Assembly (NCBI RefSeq): GCF_964213995.1
Contig: NC_135808.1
Location: 3,658,001 to 3,722,000, forward strand
Length of the DNA stretch: 64,000 nt
DNA from: Mustelus asterias
Lineage: Eukaryota
Direction of reading: 5' to 3'
The position numbers and the translations under genes were made by a program. Shown piece after piece: positions 10,491 to 21,230 of this stretch. How positions within the stretch are numbered: position 1 is the stretch's first letter; the number at the start of each line of letters is the position of its first letter. The notes below the pieces were generated by a model. It searched no databases. It was not told where the DNA came from and was given only the letters and a program-made list of their open reading frames with translations.

Positions 10491-11649
10491 TATTTGCTAC
10501 CAAATAAATCTGTTGGACTTTCACCTGGTGTTGTGAGACTTCTTATTCTGTGACTAAGCCAGTTCTCCACCTATCTAGCCACCTCCCCCTTTATCCCATG
10601 AGATCCAACCTTTTGCACCAACCTACCATGAGGGACTTTGTCAAACGCTTTACTAAAATCCATATAGACGACATCCACGGCCCTTCCCTCGTCAACCATT
10701 CTAGTCACTTCTTCAAAAAACTCCACCAGGTTATGAGGCATGACCTCCCTCTCACAAAACCATGCTGACTATCGTTAATGAGTTTATTCCTTTCTAAATG
10801 TGCATACATCCTATCTCTAAGAATCCTCTCCAACAACTTGCCTACCACGGACGTCAAGCTCACCGGCCTATAATTTCCCGGGTTATCCTTCCTACCCTTC
10901 TTAAATAACGGGACCACATTAGCTATCCTCCAAACCTCTGGGATCTCACCTGTGTCCAGTGGCGAGACAAAGATTTGCGTCAGAGGCCCAGCGATTTCAT
11001 CTCTCGTCTCCCTGAGCAGCCTTGGATAGATTCCATCAGGCCCTGGGGATTTGTCAGTCTTTATATTCCCTAAAAAACCAAACACTTCCTCCCTTGTAAT
11101 GGAGATTTTCTCTAACGGGTCAACACTCCCCTCCGAGACACTCCCAGTCAACACATCCCTCTCCTTTGTGAATACCAACGCAAAGTATTCATTTAGGATC
11201 TCCCCTACTTCTTTGGGCTCTAAGCATAATTCCCCACTTTTGTCCCTGAGAGGTCCGATTTTTTCCCTGACTTTTGTTCCTAACGTATGAATAAAATGCC
11301 TTGGGATTCTCCTTAATAACCTTGAAGGACAAGGACAGCAGACACTTGGGAACACAAACCACCTGGAGGTTCCGTTCCAAGCCACACACCACCCTAACTT
11401 GGAAATATATCAGCTGTTCCTTCACCGTCACTTGGTCAAAACACTGGAACTCCCACTCTAACAGTACTGTGAAGGGCAACTAGGGATGGGCAATAAATGC
11501 CTAGTCAGTAATTTTCACACCCCGTTGAGACTAAAAAAGAAGCAACGTGGAAAGAAATTGAATAATTTAACAGTCTTACAGTGTTTGTAGAATTCTTGCA
11601 AGTTTTTCATTGAAATTTTAATTGATAATTGAATGGGTTATGGAGTGAG

Positions 11650-11950
11650 GATGCACATACACCTTCGCGTAAGCATGCACATATATACCAGCGCGCACGT
11701 ACAGACACACACACACAAACAGACAACTGTAAACACACACATGAACACACATGCATACACAAACAGACACATGCAAACACACAGACACAAAGATACATAC
11801 GCACACACAGGGACCAACACATACATACATACGTGTACACACAGACACGTGCACACACTGGTGTGCAAATAAGCACACACATGCTCATATACACACACTA
11901 CGCTCATATTCACACATACAGCGGCAAAGAGAGGTGTATCCACACAGATA
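11650..11950. repeat. Degenerate (CA)n-rich microsatellite
   Basis: Visible CA/TA-rich low-complexity tract. Confidence 0.9.
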
Positions 11951-12052
11951 CGATTTACAGATTTCTCATACGACAAGCTTTCCATCCCAAAGATCATTCT
12001 TGTGAGCCTCCTCTGGATCCTTTCCAAGACCATCACATCCTTCCTTAGATAT

Positions 12053-13512
12053 GATTTGTTTGATTTATTATTGTCACATGTATTATCAGACAGTGAAAAG
12101 TATTGTTTCTTGCGCGCTATACAGACAAAACATACTGGTTCATAGAGAAGGAAATGAGAGTGCAGAATGTAGTGTTACAGTCATAGCTAGGGTGTAGAGA
12201 AAGATCAACTTAATGCAGGGTAGGTCCATTCAGGAGTCTGACGGCAGCGGCGAAAAGGCTGTTCTTGAGTCGGTTGGTGTGTGACCTCAGACTTTTGTAT
12301 CTTTTTCCCGGGGGAAGAGGGTGGAAGACAGAATGTCCAGGGTGCGTGGGGTCCTTGATTGTGCTGGCAGCTTCGCCGAGGCAGCGGGAAGTGTAGACGG
12401 AGTTAGTGGATGGGAGGCTGGTTTGCATGATGAATTGGGCTACATTCCTGACTTTTTGTAGATCCTTGCGGTCTTGGGCAGCGCAGGAGCCGTACCAAGC
12501 TGTGATACAACCAGAAAGAATGCTTTCTATGGTGCATCTGTAAAAGTTGGTGAGAGTTGTAGCTGACACACCAAATTTCCTGAGTCTTCTGAGAAAGTAG
12601 AGGCGTTGGTGAACTTTCTTAACTATAGTGTTGGCATGGGGGGGACCAGGTCAGGTTGTTAGTGATCTGGACACCTAAAAACCTGAAGCTCTCAACCCTT
12701 TCTACTTCATCCCCATTGATGTAGATAGGGGCATGTTCTCCTCTACACTTCCTGAAGTCAATGACAATCTCCTTCATTTTGTTGACATTGAGGGAGAGAT
12801 TATTGTTGCCACATCAGTTCACCAGATTCTCTGTCTCATTCGTGTACTCTGTCTTATCATTGTTTGAGATCCGACCCACTACGGTGATGTCGTCAGCAAA
12901 CTTGAAATTCGAATTGGAGGGGAATTTGGCCGCACAGTCATAGGTGTATAAGGGGTAGTCGGTGGCTGAGAACACAGCCTTGTGGGGCACCGGTTTTGAG
13001 GATGATCGTGGAGGAGGTGTCGTTGCCTATCCTTACTGATTGTGGTCTGTGAGTTAGGAAGTTCACATCCAGTCGCAGAGGGAGGTGCCAAGGTTCAGGC
13101 CACTGAGTTTGGAGATGAGTTTCGTGGGAATAATAGTGTTGAAGGCTGAGCCGTAGTCAACAAATAGGAGTCTGACATAGGTGTCCTTGCTACCTAGGTG
13201 TTCCAGGGTTGAGCGCAGGGCCAGGGAAATGGCGTCTGCTGTGGACTTGTTGCGGCGGTTGGCAAACTGTAGTGGATCCAGGTAGTCCGGGAAGCTGGAA
13301 TTGATCCGTGCCATGACTAACCTTTCGAAGCACTTCATAATGATGGATGTCAGAGCCACCGGCCGATAGTCATTAAGGCATGCTGCTTGGTTTTTCTTAG
13401 GTACCAACATGATGGTTGTCTTCTTGAAGCAGATAGGGACCTCAGATTGTTGTAAAGAGAGGTTGAAGATGTCTGTGAATACCTCAGCCAGCTGATCCGT
13501 GCAGGATCTGAG
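12053..13512 (-). mobile_element. Rex1/Babar-type LINE, 5'-truncated, inserted in a minus-strand CR1 fragment
   Basis: [57 protein letters not shown] motifs; 3' end ATGTGACAATAATAAATCAAAC. The host CR1 continues on both sides (11960-12052, 13515-13612). Confidence 0.85.
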
Positions 13513-13611
13513 TTCTGGGGCCCAAAACTGCTCACAGTACTCCAAATGGGGTCTGACCAGAGCCTTACAAAGCCTCAGAAGTACATCCCTGCTCTTGTAT
13601 TCTAGCCCTCT

Positions 13612-14405
13612 CGACAAGTGTGAGATATTGCACTTTGGAAGGACAAACCAAAGTAGAACGTACAGGGTAAATGGTAGGACTCTGAAGAGTGCAGTTGAAC
13701 AGAGGGATCTGGGAATCCAGGTACAGAATTCCCTAAAAGTGACGTCACAGGTGGATAGGGTCGTAAAGAGTGCCTTTGGTACATTGGCCTTTATAAATCG
13801 GAGTATCGAGTATAAACGTTGGAGTGTTATGGTAAGGTTATATAAGACATTGGTGAGGCCGTATTTAGAGTATTGTGTACAGTTTTGGTCACCTAGTTAC
13901 AGGAAGGATGTAAATAAGGTTGAAAGAGTGCAGAGAAGGTTCACAAGGATGTTGCCGGGACTTGAGATGCTGAGTTACAGAGAGAGATTGAATAGGTTGG
14001 GACTTTATTCCCTGGAGCGTAGAAGAATGAGGGGAGATTTGATAGAGATGTATAAGATTTTGATGGGTATAGATAGAGTGAATGCAAGCAGGCTTTTTCC
14101 ACTGAGGCGAGGGGAGAAAAAAACCAGAGGGCTTGGGTTAAGAGTCAAAGGAGAAAAGTTTAAAGGGAATATTAGGGGGGGCTTCTTCATGCAGAGAGTG
14201 GTGGGAGTGTGGAATGAGCTGCCAGATAAAGTGGTAAATGCAGGGTCACTTTTAACATTTAAGAAAAACTTGGATGGGTTCATGGATGAGAGGGGTGTGG
14301 AGGGATATGGTCCAAGTGCAGGTCAGTGGGACTAGGCAAAAAATGGTTCGGCACAGACAAGAAGGGCCAAAAGGCCTGTTTCTGAGCTGTAATTTTTCTA
14401 TGATT
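13612..14405 (+). mobile_element. CR1 (HER1-like) LINE 3' fragment with open ORF2 C-terminus
   Basis: DKCEILHFG...[14 protein letters not shown]...RGDLIEMYK...WNELP, followed by a CR1 tail. Confidence 0.92.
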
Positions 14406-14932
14406 CTTTGATTCTAGATACAGGTCACAGTTAAGGATTTTCTGTGGGGGAACATTTACAATTGGCATGGAAACCATTTCCCTCACAATTAAGAGCAGTG
14501 GGCAGGCTCCCCAATAGCCAATCCGGATTCCTCCAGCTTTCGGCAAACACCCAGCTGCAGTACAAGGTGTGTAACTGAGAAGCTGCTTCAACAGGAAGTT
14601 CCACGTTAGTCACTTCAGAAAAACATCAAAATAAACCCGGAAAGAAGCCAGGCCACCATTATGGGGGTGAGGGAGAGTGTGGTGAGGGGACGGGAATGTC
14701 CATCTACAGGGCAAACTGTGGCTGCTCTTACAGCCAGGCAAACTGAAAGGGACTGTAGGAGCACTGTCCACACTGGCCAACTGCTGGGTGCTCACACCAG
14801 ACCATTCATCTGCTCAATTTCGAATTGGGAAACCTAAAGCTGACTGGAAAAATTGCAGTTTAACAAGGTTTTTAATAAGCCTAACAGTCTGTACCCTTAT
14901 GGGGGCAGGTGGCCTGACTGGGCCCAAAGCCT

Positions 14933-15030
14933 GTAAGAAGTTTAACAACACCAGGTTAAAGTCCAACAGGTTTATTTGGTAGCAAAAGCCACACAAGCTT
15001 TCGAGGCTCTGAGCCCCTTCTTCAGGTGAG
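14933..15030 (-). mobile_element. Penelope-like terminal fragment with hammerhead motif (14992-15028)
   Basis: Same CAACACCAGGTTAAAGTCCAACAGGTTTATTTGGTAGC block as at 10243. Minus strand reads CAC-CTGAAGA-A-GGGGCT(CAG)AGCCTC-GAA-AGCT-T-GTG. Confidence 0.75.
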
Positions 15031-15439
15031 AGCAGCAGCTAAAATGATGGTTGTCTGCAGTGTGGCTTCTTCATAATTTTCAAGCCCCTTTCATGTCCAT
15101 TCCTGATGGGGGAGGAAGCTGGAAATGGACAATTTCCTGATAACTGGTGACAGGATAGGTGAATTCTCCCTCAGTGTACCTGAGCAGGTGCCGGAGTGTG
15201 GCGACTAGGGGATTTTTTCAGTAACGTCATTGCAGTATTAATGTAAGCCGACTTGTGAAAAATAAATAAACTTTAGAAATTCTTTCCCTTTCATTTGCTC
15301 TTTTTCTGACACTAATCAATCATTCACCCTATGGTCGTGTGGCTTAACTTCAGGGAACTGATCACATTTCAATGAAGACAGGAAACTGGAGTCCTTATCA
15401 ACATTTTTTTGTGTTTTTTCAATCACAATAAACAATATT

Positions 15440-15480
15440 AGTTTCCTCCTTTGAGTGTTTAATTCCCAGTCACTGATTGG
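15440..15480 (+). promoter_or_regulatory. MHC-like proximal promoter: ISRE-like site and Y box
   Basis: AGTTTCCTCCT at 15440 and exact Y-box CTGATTGG at 15473-15480, 23 nt before a signal-peptide ATG. Confidence 0.5.
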
Positions 15481-15503
15481 AATTGAGACAGTGGATTCCC
15501 AGA

Positions 15504-15554
15504 ATGTTGCTGATCCTTTTCTCCATCTCCCTTGTTTTCCCTGGGTCTCTCCCG
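15504..15554 (+). pseudogene. Orphan signal-peptide (leader) exon, probably of a second class I paralog
   Basis: ATG-initiated MLLILFSISLVFPGSLP followed by a consensus G|gtaagt donor; no matching alpha exons found downstream in the window. Confidence 0.55.
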
Positions 15555-16729
15555 GTAAGTACAGAATTCACTCCTCCATTCTCACTCTCTCTGGGGTGAA
15601 TTTGAATCTTTCAGTGAGAGTTTGAAATGGGTGATGTTTGCTCAGATGTTGTTATACAGCCAGCCTGACATTTGACACCATTGAAGTAAACACGGTGCAG
15701 AAGACTCTGATGGGATTGGCGTTCAGCTCTCCTGACAGCAGGATGTACAAACACCCAGAGCAGAGAAGCTTGGAGCAAATGGAAAATGCTTCAAATGGAC
15801 AATTTTAATTTTCACTTTGATTGGGAGAAGCAAAACAGCTTCATCACTCCTGGTCTAAAGTCTTTGAAACGCTTTGGAGAGGAGAAGGATAATTCATGTT
15901 TTACCCACCCCAGGCTCTGTTGTGATGCCCTCATGGTTGAAAATGTCAGGTTATCTCAGACCACCAACATCCTAGTGAGTATGTATAAAGGGGTGATTAA
16001 AAAGCTCTGTGACGGACAGTGGAGATCCTGCTCTAGATGGTCCATCCCCCTGTTTGACAGTCAGACTGTTCATACAGTGACTGCTCCCCACCCCCCAAAC
16101 CTTCATCCTCCCAAATATTACTGTTTCTCTCCATTTCAATCCACAATTCACATCACATCTTTCCTTGTTATGACGATAAACAACAGAACAGTCCCGAGTG
16201 ACTGATTCCGTGTTTACTCCCTGCTCTGAGACTCTGCAGCATCAATTCTGACCCAGTTTAATCCGATTCTGTTTCAGACAGGATTCTGACATTGGAATAA
16301 AGCGGGGGATTATTGGAGTTTGTCACTGTGTGGATGGCTCTCACTGTGATCAGGGGGTAGTGTGTGGAAATGTTTATTATCCTGTCACTGTAATTGTTTA
16401 ATATAGACACAGAAAATGAATGATGAACGGATCAGCATCAGCAGCATCAGATGGGGGGAGAAACAGTTCACAGAGATGATTGTCTCTCCATGCCCACAGC
16501 TGGGATCTTACAGTGGTGCAGATTTCCTCCAATGGAGCCGGCATTTGCCAGTGGAAAATCCCCGTCAACTTTAGAGAGATACAGACTGGGAAAGTTAATT
16601 CTTTTCTCTCTGCACAGATATTGCCAGAACCGCTGTTTTTCCAGTATCCACACTGTTCCATGGTGGATTTACAATGAAACACACTGTGCCCCGACACAGG
16701 GCTCCCAGAGTGATCAGCGACTCTCTCAC

Positions 16730-17160
16730 AGCCAATCAGAGAGAGAACCACTTTGAAATCCCTTCCAGAACTTACCTGTCAATCAGTCTGCTGGGCCAAT
16801 CACAGAGGAGAGGGCAGCTCTTTGCTGACACAATCATTGGTCAGAATGAGATTACCCACAACTCTGACCAACGGTCATCCAGACTCAAAACGTTGGCTCT
16901 ATTCCCTCCCCACAGATGCTGTCAAACCTGCTGAGATTTTCCAGCATTTTCTGTTGTTGGTATGTTACCCATGTGTCCCCAGGCCTGCGCAGTGAGGAGT
17001 GGCAGTATGGAATCAGGGGGAGAGCCAGCCCGCGGTGCCTGGTGGGAGTTGTAGTTCTGCCGTGAGCAGCGGCAGTTGGCGCCCCGCGTCTGGGAGTTGC
17101 AATGTGAGGAAGCACGAGCCCAAGCGGCTGTCATGGGTGTGGGGCTGGAATTGGAGGTGC
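16730..17160. promoter_or_regulatory. GC/CpG-rich promoter-like region with CCAAT boxes and ZNF143/THAP11-type motifs
   Basis: AGCCAATCAG (~16730) and GGCCAATCAC (~16795); TGGGAGTTGTAGT at 17043-17055 (= ACTACAACTCCCA) and a second CTGGGAGTTGCAAT at 17090-17103. Confidence 0.55.
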
Positions 17161-17249
17161 ACACCTGTAAATCCCAGCCCCGGGCAGCCAGTTAAGCATC
17201 CTCACTCCCATCCACCCTCCCTCAGCAGCACCCCCATCCCCCGTCAAGA

Positions 17250-19030
17250 TACAAGGTATTAGTGAGGCCACAGTTAGAATATTGCGTACAGTTTTGGTCC
17301 CCATATTTAAGGAAATATATTGTCACTGGAGCAGTACAGAGGAAGTTTACTAGGATGATCCTGGGTACGGAGGGACTGCCATATGAGGAAAGATTAAACA
17401 GTTTGGGTCTGTGCTCCTTGGAGTTCAGAAGAATGAGGGCTGAAATGAATGAAACACATAAGAGTCTTAGGGGGTTAGACAGGGTAAATGTTGGGAGGAT
17501 GTTTCCACTCATGGGAGAGTGTCGGATCAGAGGGCAGAGCTGCAGAATAAGGGGGTGATCATGTAACATGAATTTGAGGAAGAATTTCTTCTCCCAAAGA
17601 AAAGTAAAAAGTTTATTTATTGTCACAAGTCGGCTTACATTAACAATGCAATGAAGTTGTGAAAATCCCCGAGTCGTCACACTCCGGTGCCTGTTTGGGT
17701 ACACTGAGGGAGAATTTAGCATGGCCAATGCACCCAACCAGCATGTCTTTCGGACTGTGGGAGAAAACCAGAGCACCCGGAGGAAACCCACGCAGACACG
17801 GGGAGAACGTGCAGACTTCGCACAGTCAGTCATCCAAGCTGGAATCAAACCCAGGTCCCTAGCGCTGTGAGGCAGCAGTGCTAACCATTGTGTCAAATAT
17901 TCAAAGCTTCCATTGCCTTTGGAGGAGGAGAGTCTCAGAGCCTCGTGACTCTCTGAGAGAAAACATTTCTCCTCATCTCTGTCTTGAACAGGAGACCCCT
18001 TATTTTAAACGCTGACCCCGAGTTCCAGATTTGTAATTTTCTTTGTTCTTTTACACAGAGGGTGGTGGGTGCCTGGAACTTGCTGCCGGGGGAGGTAGTG
18101 GAAGCGGATACAGTAGTGGCTTTTAAGGGTGTCTTGACAAATACATGAATAGCATGGGAATAGAGAAGGTAGGGGGTTTTAGTTAAGTCAGGCAGCATGG
18201 TCGGTGCAGGCTTGGACGGCCAAACGGTCTGTTCCTGTGCTGTAATTTTCTTTGTTCTTTATTCTCCCACAAGAGGAGAATCCTCTCCACATCCATCCTG
18301 TCAATACCCCTCAGGCTCTTACAACCCAGTCCATGAACTCTCACACGGGCTCTGTGTTCCTCAGGTACCCCTGTGCTCACTGACCTGTAAGTTCCCAGTC
18401 AAGCAACCCATAAAACCAGAAGATGTAGGATCAGGTGTAGGTCATTCAGCCCATTGGGTCACCTCCACCATTCAATGAGATCATGACTGATCCTGATGTG
18501 ATAATCCTCAGCTCCACTTTCCCACCTTATCCCCATAATCCTTCATTTCCTAACTCATTAAAAATTTATCTCAGTCTTAACATACTGAATGACCCGGCTT
18601 CTACAGCCTTCTGCGGTAAAGAATTCCATAGATTCACTCCCCTCTGAAAGAAGAAATTCCTCCTCATCTCTGTCTCAAATGGGTGACTCCTAACTCTGAG
18701 ATTTTGCCCTCTGGTCCTGGATTCTCCCACAAGGGGAAACAACCTCTCAGCATCGACCCTGTCAAATCCCCTGAGAATCCGATATGCCTCAATAGGTCAC
18801 ATCTCATTCTTCTAAACTCCAATGAGTACAGGCCCAACCTTCATTCCCGGGATTAACCCAGTGAACCTTCTCTGGACTGCCTCCAATGCAGTATATCTTT
18901 CCTTAGATAAGGGGACTAAAATTGTTCACAGTTTGCCAGGTATGGTCTAACTCGTGCCTTGTATAGTTTTAGCAAGCTTTCCCAAATTTTTATACTCCAT
19001 TCTCTTTGAAATAAAGCCAGCATTCCCTCT
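17250..19030. mobile_element. Cluster of CR1 3' fragments on both strands with a minus-strand V-SINE (17605-17894)
   Basis: [19 protein letters not shown], several CR1 tails, and the reverse complement of the V-SINE head and body. Confidence 0.8.
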
Positions 19031-19487
19031 GCCCTGGATTTTAAAATTGAAATCTCTCCATGTCCTCGCCCCTTCCTATTTCTGTAATCTCTTCCAACTT
19101 CACAAACTCTGTGAGATGTCTGTGTTCCTCTCATTTGGACATCTCCAGTATCAGGGATTAGAATCTCCCCACACTGGGGACTGTGCCTTTAGTAACCTTG
19201 GCCCTTCACTCTAGGGAGGCCAGACGTCCGGCTTTAGGCCAGACAGTCCAGCTTTTGAGCACTCGGTCCTCCGTCCGGCGCCACCTTGAGCCGGATGTTA
19301 ATTTGTTCCCCTTTTTTGGGGGTCTCACTAGCTGGCTGGACAACTGACAAGAGTCCCCTGTCACCTCTTTTTGGAGAAGCATCTTGTTCCACCCAGGCAC
19401 GTCACAGACCAGCAGTCAGCCTTCGCCAAGATCAGAGACCTCGGGGGGCGGATGTCTCACCCACCATGAGCTGCTGGCCAATGAGAG

Positions 19488-19740
19488 TCATGACGTGGAG
19501 ATGCCGACGTTGGACTGGGGTAAACACAGTAAGAAGTCTCACAACACCAGGTTAAAGTCCAATAGGTTTATTTGGTAGCAAACGCCACTAGCTTTCGGAG
19601 CACTGCTCCTTCGTCAGGTGGGTGGGAGTTCTGGAATTCCCACCCACCTGACAAAGGAGCAGCAAGCGCTTCGAAAGCTAGTGGCGTTTGCTACAAATAA
19701 ACCTGTTGGGCTTTAACCTGGTGTGGTGAGACTTCTGACT
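19488..19740. mobile_element. Second Penelope-like fold-back element with hammerhead motifs
   Basis: Inverted arms centred near 19632; GGCCAATGAGAG direct repeats at 19476 and 19742. Intact motif on the minus strand at 19585-19621 (CCAC-CTGACGA-A-GGAGC(AGT)GCTCC-GAA-AGCT-A-GTGG); mutated copy on the plus strand at 19644-19684. Confidence 0.8.
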
Positions 19741-20859
19741 GGGCCAATGAGAGGCCAGCACTTCTTCCCTGCTGGGAAGCCGGTGGCCGCTGGGAGGCCA
19801 GTGGCTGCTGCTGGTAATGCATCATCCGCCTGAGTGCCAGCATCAATGAGAGACCCAGGCTGCAGGTAGGTGATGAGGAGGAGAGGGAGATCATGGGGTG
19901 GGGGAGGTAAGGGATTTCAGAGGTAAGGGCATGATGGGTTTCTCAACAGAAGCCCCTTCCTGATGCAGGATCCCTTTATCAGCAACTGAGTGCTTTTAAA
20001 TGAGGGACTGTCTCGGGAAGCCCACACACAACATTGACAAGGTTTGCTCTTACATGACAGGTTTCCTACTCAGCGCTGGGTGGGATGAAACCCTTAGGTG
20101 GGTATTAATTACCCACTTGATGGCCTCAACTGATGGCAGGGCACAAAGTTCCTCCATGAGCCTTCCTGCCCAAGACTAATTGGGAAATGCAGGAAGATGA
20201 CAAGGGCCCCAACTGGCACCTTCCCACGCAATTAAATGCCCCACCACCAAACTCACCATGGGAGGGGGCATTAAATTCCACCCTCCATGTCTACCATGCA
20301 CTTCCCTGTTTGCTTCGTTCTTCTAAATTCCAGAGAATACAGACCCAAGTTATCCAGTATCTCACATCATAGGACAACCCCCTCATATCCTGCCATCAAT
20401 CTAGTGAACCTTCTCTGTACCACCAAAAATGCAAGTATCTCTGTCCTTAAATATAGGTACCAAAACTGCTCAGTAATCCAGGTGCAGTCTCAAAAGCTCT
20501 GTACAAGGGTTCCTTGTTCAAACACCCTCAATATCTGATCATGGGACCCAGCTTCTCTATCCTCCAATCTTCTTGCAAAAAAGGTCTACAAGCTGTTTGC
20601 TTTCCTAATTGCTTGCTGTACCTTCATGATAACTTTCTGTGGTTCAGGACACTGAAATCTGTCCCAACACCAACATCTGGAAGTTTGGTTTTTGCTGGAT
20701 TTTGAATTTTGCTGGATTTATATAGGCGAAAAAAAGTATCAGGTTAGAATTTTTATTTAATAAAATAACTAAAGTGATCATCTGCTTGCATTTGTTGTTT
20801 TTGCAATACGGTTTAAATTTAAAAAAAAAAATTTTTTTTGAAATGCCCTGTATATATAT

Positions 20860-20911
20860 GGTAACCTATGAACACGTCCTCCTTTTCGGAAATTTGGAAA
20901 TGGCCACCCTA
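20860..20911. mobile_element. hAT (Blackjack-like) transposon terminus
   Basis: Ends in ...AAATGGCCACCCTA (reverse complement TAGGGTGGCCAT), a TIR type known from hAT-Blackjack elements; abuts the SPRY fragment. Confidence 0.5.
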
Positions 20912-20912
20912 A

Positions 20913-21230
20913 TTCTGGACCATTGAACGGATTGAACATCGGTTTAACATCAACTCCTCTCCTGAATCCTGTCTTCCTCTCCCTGCTGGTCAGATCCTCA
21001 ATAAAGTGGGAGTGTATCTCAGTTATGAGTCAGGGACAATTTCATTTTACAGTGTGGACACCAAGTCCCATATCTACACATTCACTGGAAATAAATTCAC
21101 AGAGAAACTTCATCCTTATTTTCAGACTTGGGATAAAAACCAGTGGATGAGAATCTGCTCCGGTTCTGCTCCAGATCTGGAAAAGGGGTGGGGCCTCAGG
21201 GTGGTCACGTCATCCCTAACCTCACAATGA
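20913..21230 (+). pseudogene. C-terminal half of a B30.2/PRY-SPRY exon (TRIM-like), 5'-truncated
   Basis: In frame FWTIERIEHRFNINSSPES...NKVGVYLSYESGTISFYSVDTKSHIYTFTGNKFTEKLHPYF; two AATAAA at ~21347-21362. Confidence 0.88.

Larger units (their letters stand above)
10194..10545. mobile_element. Penelope-like fold-back element (150-bp inverted arms) inserted in the CR1
   Basis: 10232-10381 is a near-perfect reverse complement of 10396-10545; flanked by TTCTGTGAC(C/T)AAG direct repeats; hammerhead motif in each arm. Confidence 0.8.
9125..11314 (-). mobile_element. 5'-truncated CR1 (HER1-like) LINE with frameshifts
   Basis: ORF pieces [44 protein letters not shown]; (TTCTTTG)n tail at the left end. 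Confidence 0.93.
7110..11535 (+). mobile_element. Old degenerate LINE (CR1/L2-group RT) split by later insertions; pieces ~7110-8170, 8575-8685, 9010-9124, 11316-11535
   Basis: RT fragments QFVFRQGHSAPDL, LDIKTAFDRVWHQG, GIPQGRV, MFADDC; 3' tail GGGCAACTAGGGATGGGCAATAAATGCC at ~11475-11500. Confidence 0.8.

Noticed and set aside
11607-12048. Cys/Val- and His/Thr-rich ORFs
   Set aside because: Translations of a degenerate CA microsatellite.
13063-13617. Apparent chimeric CR1-Rex1 protein
   Set aside because: Chance in-frame junction where a Rex1 element inserted into a CR1 fragment.
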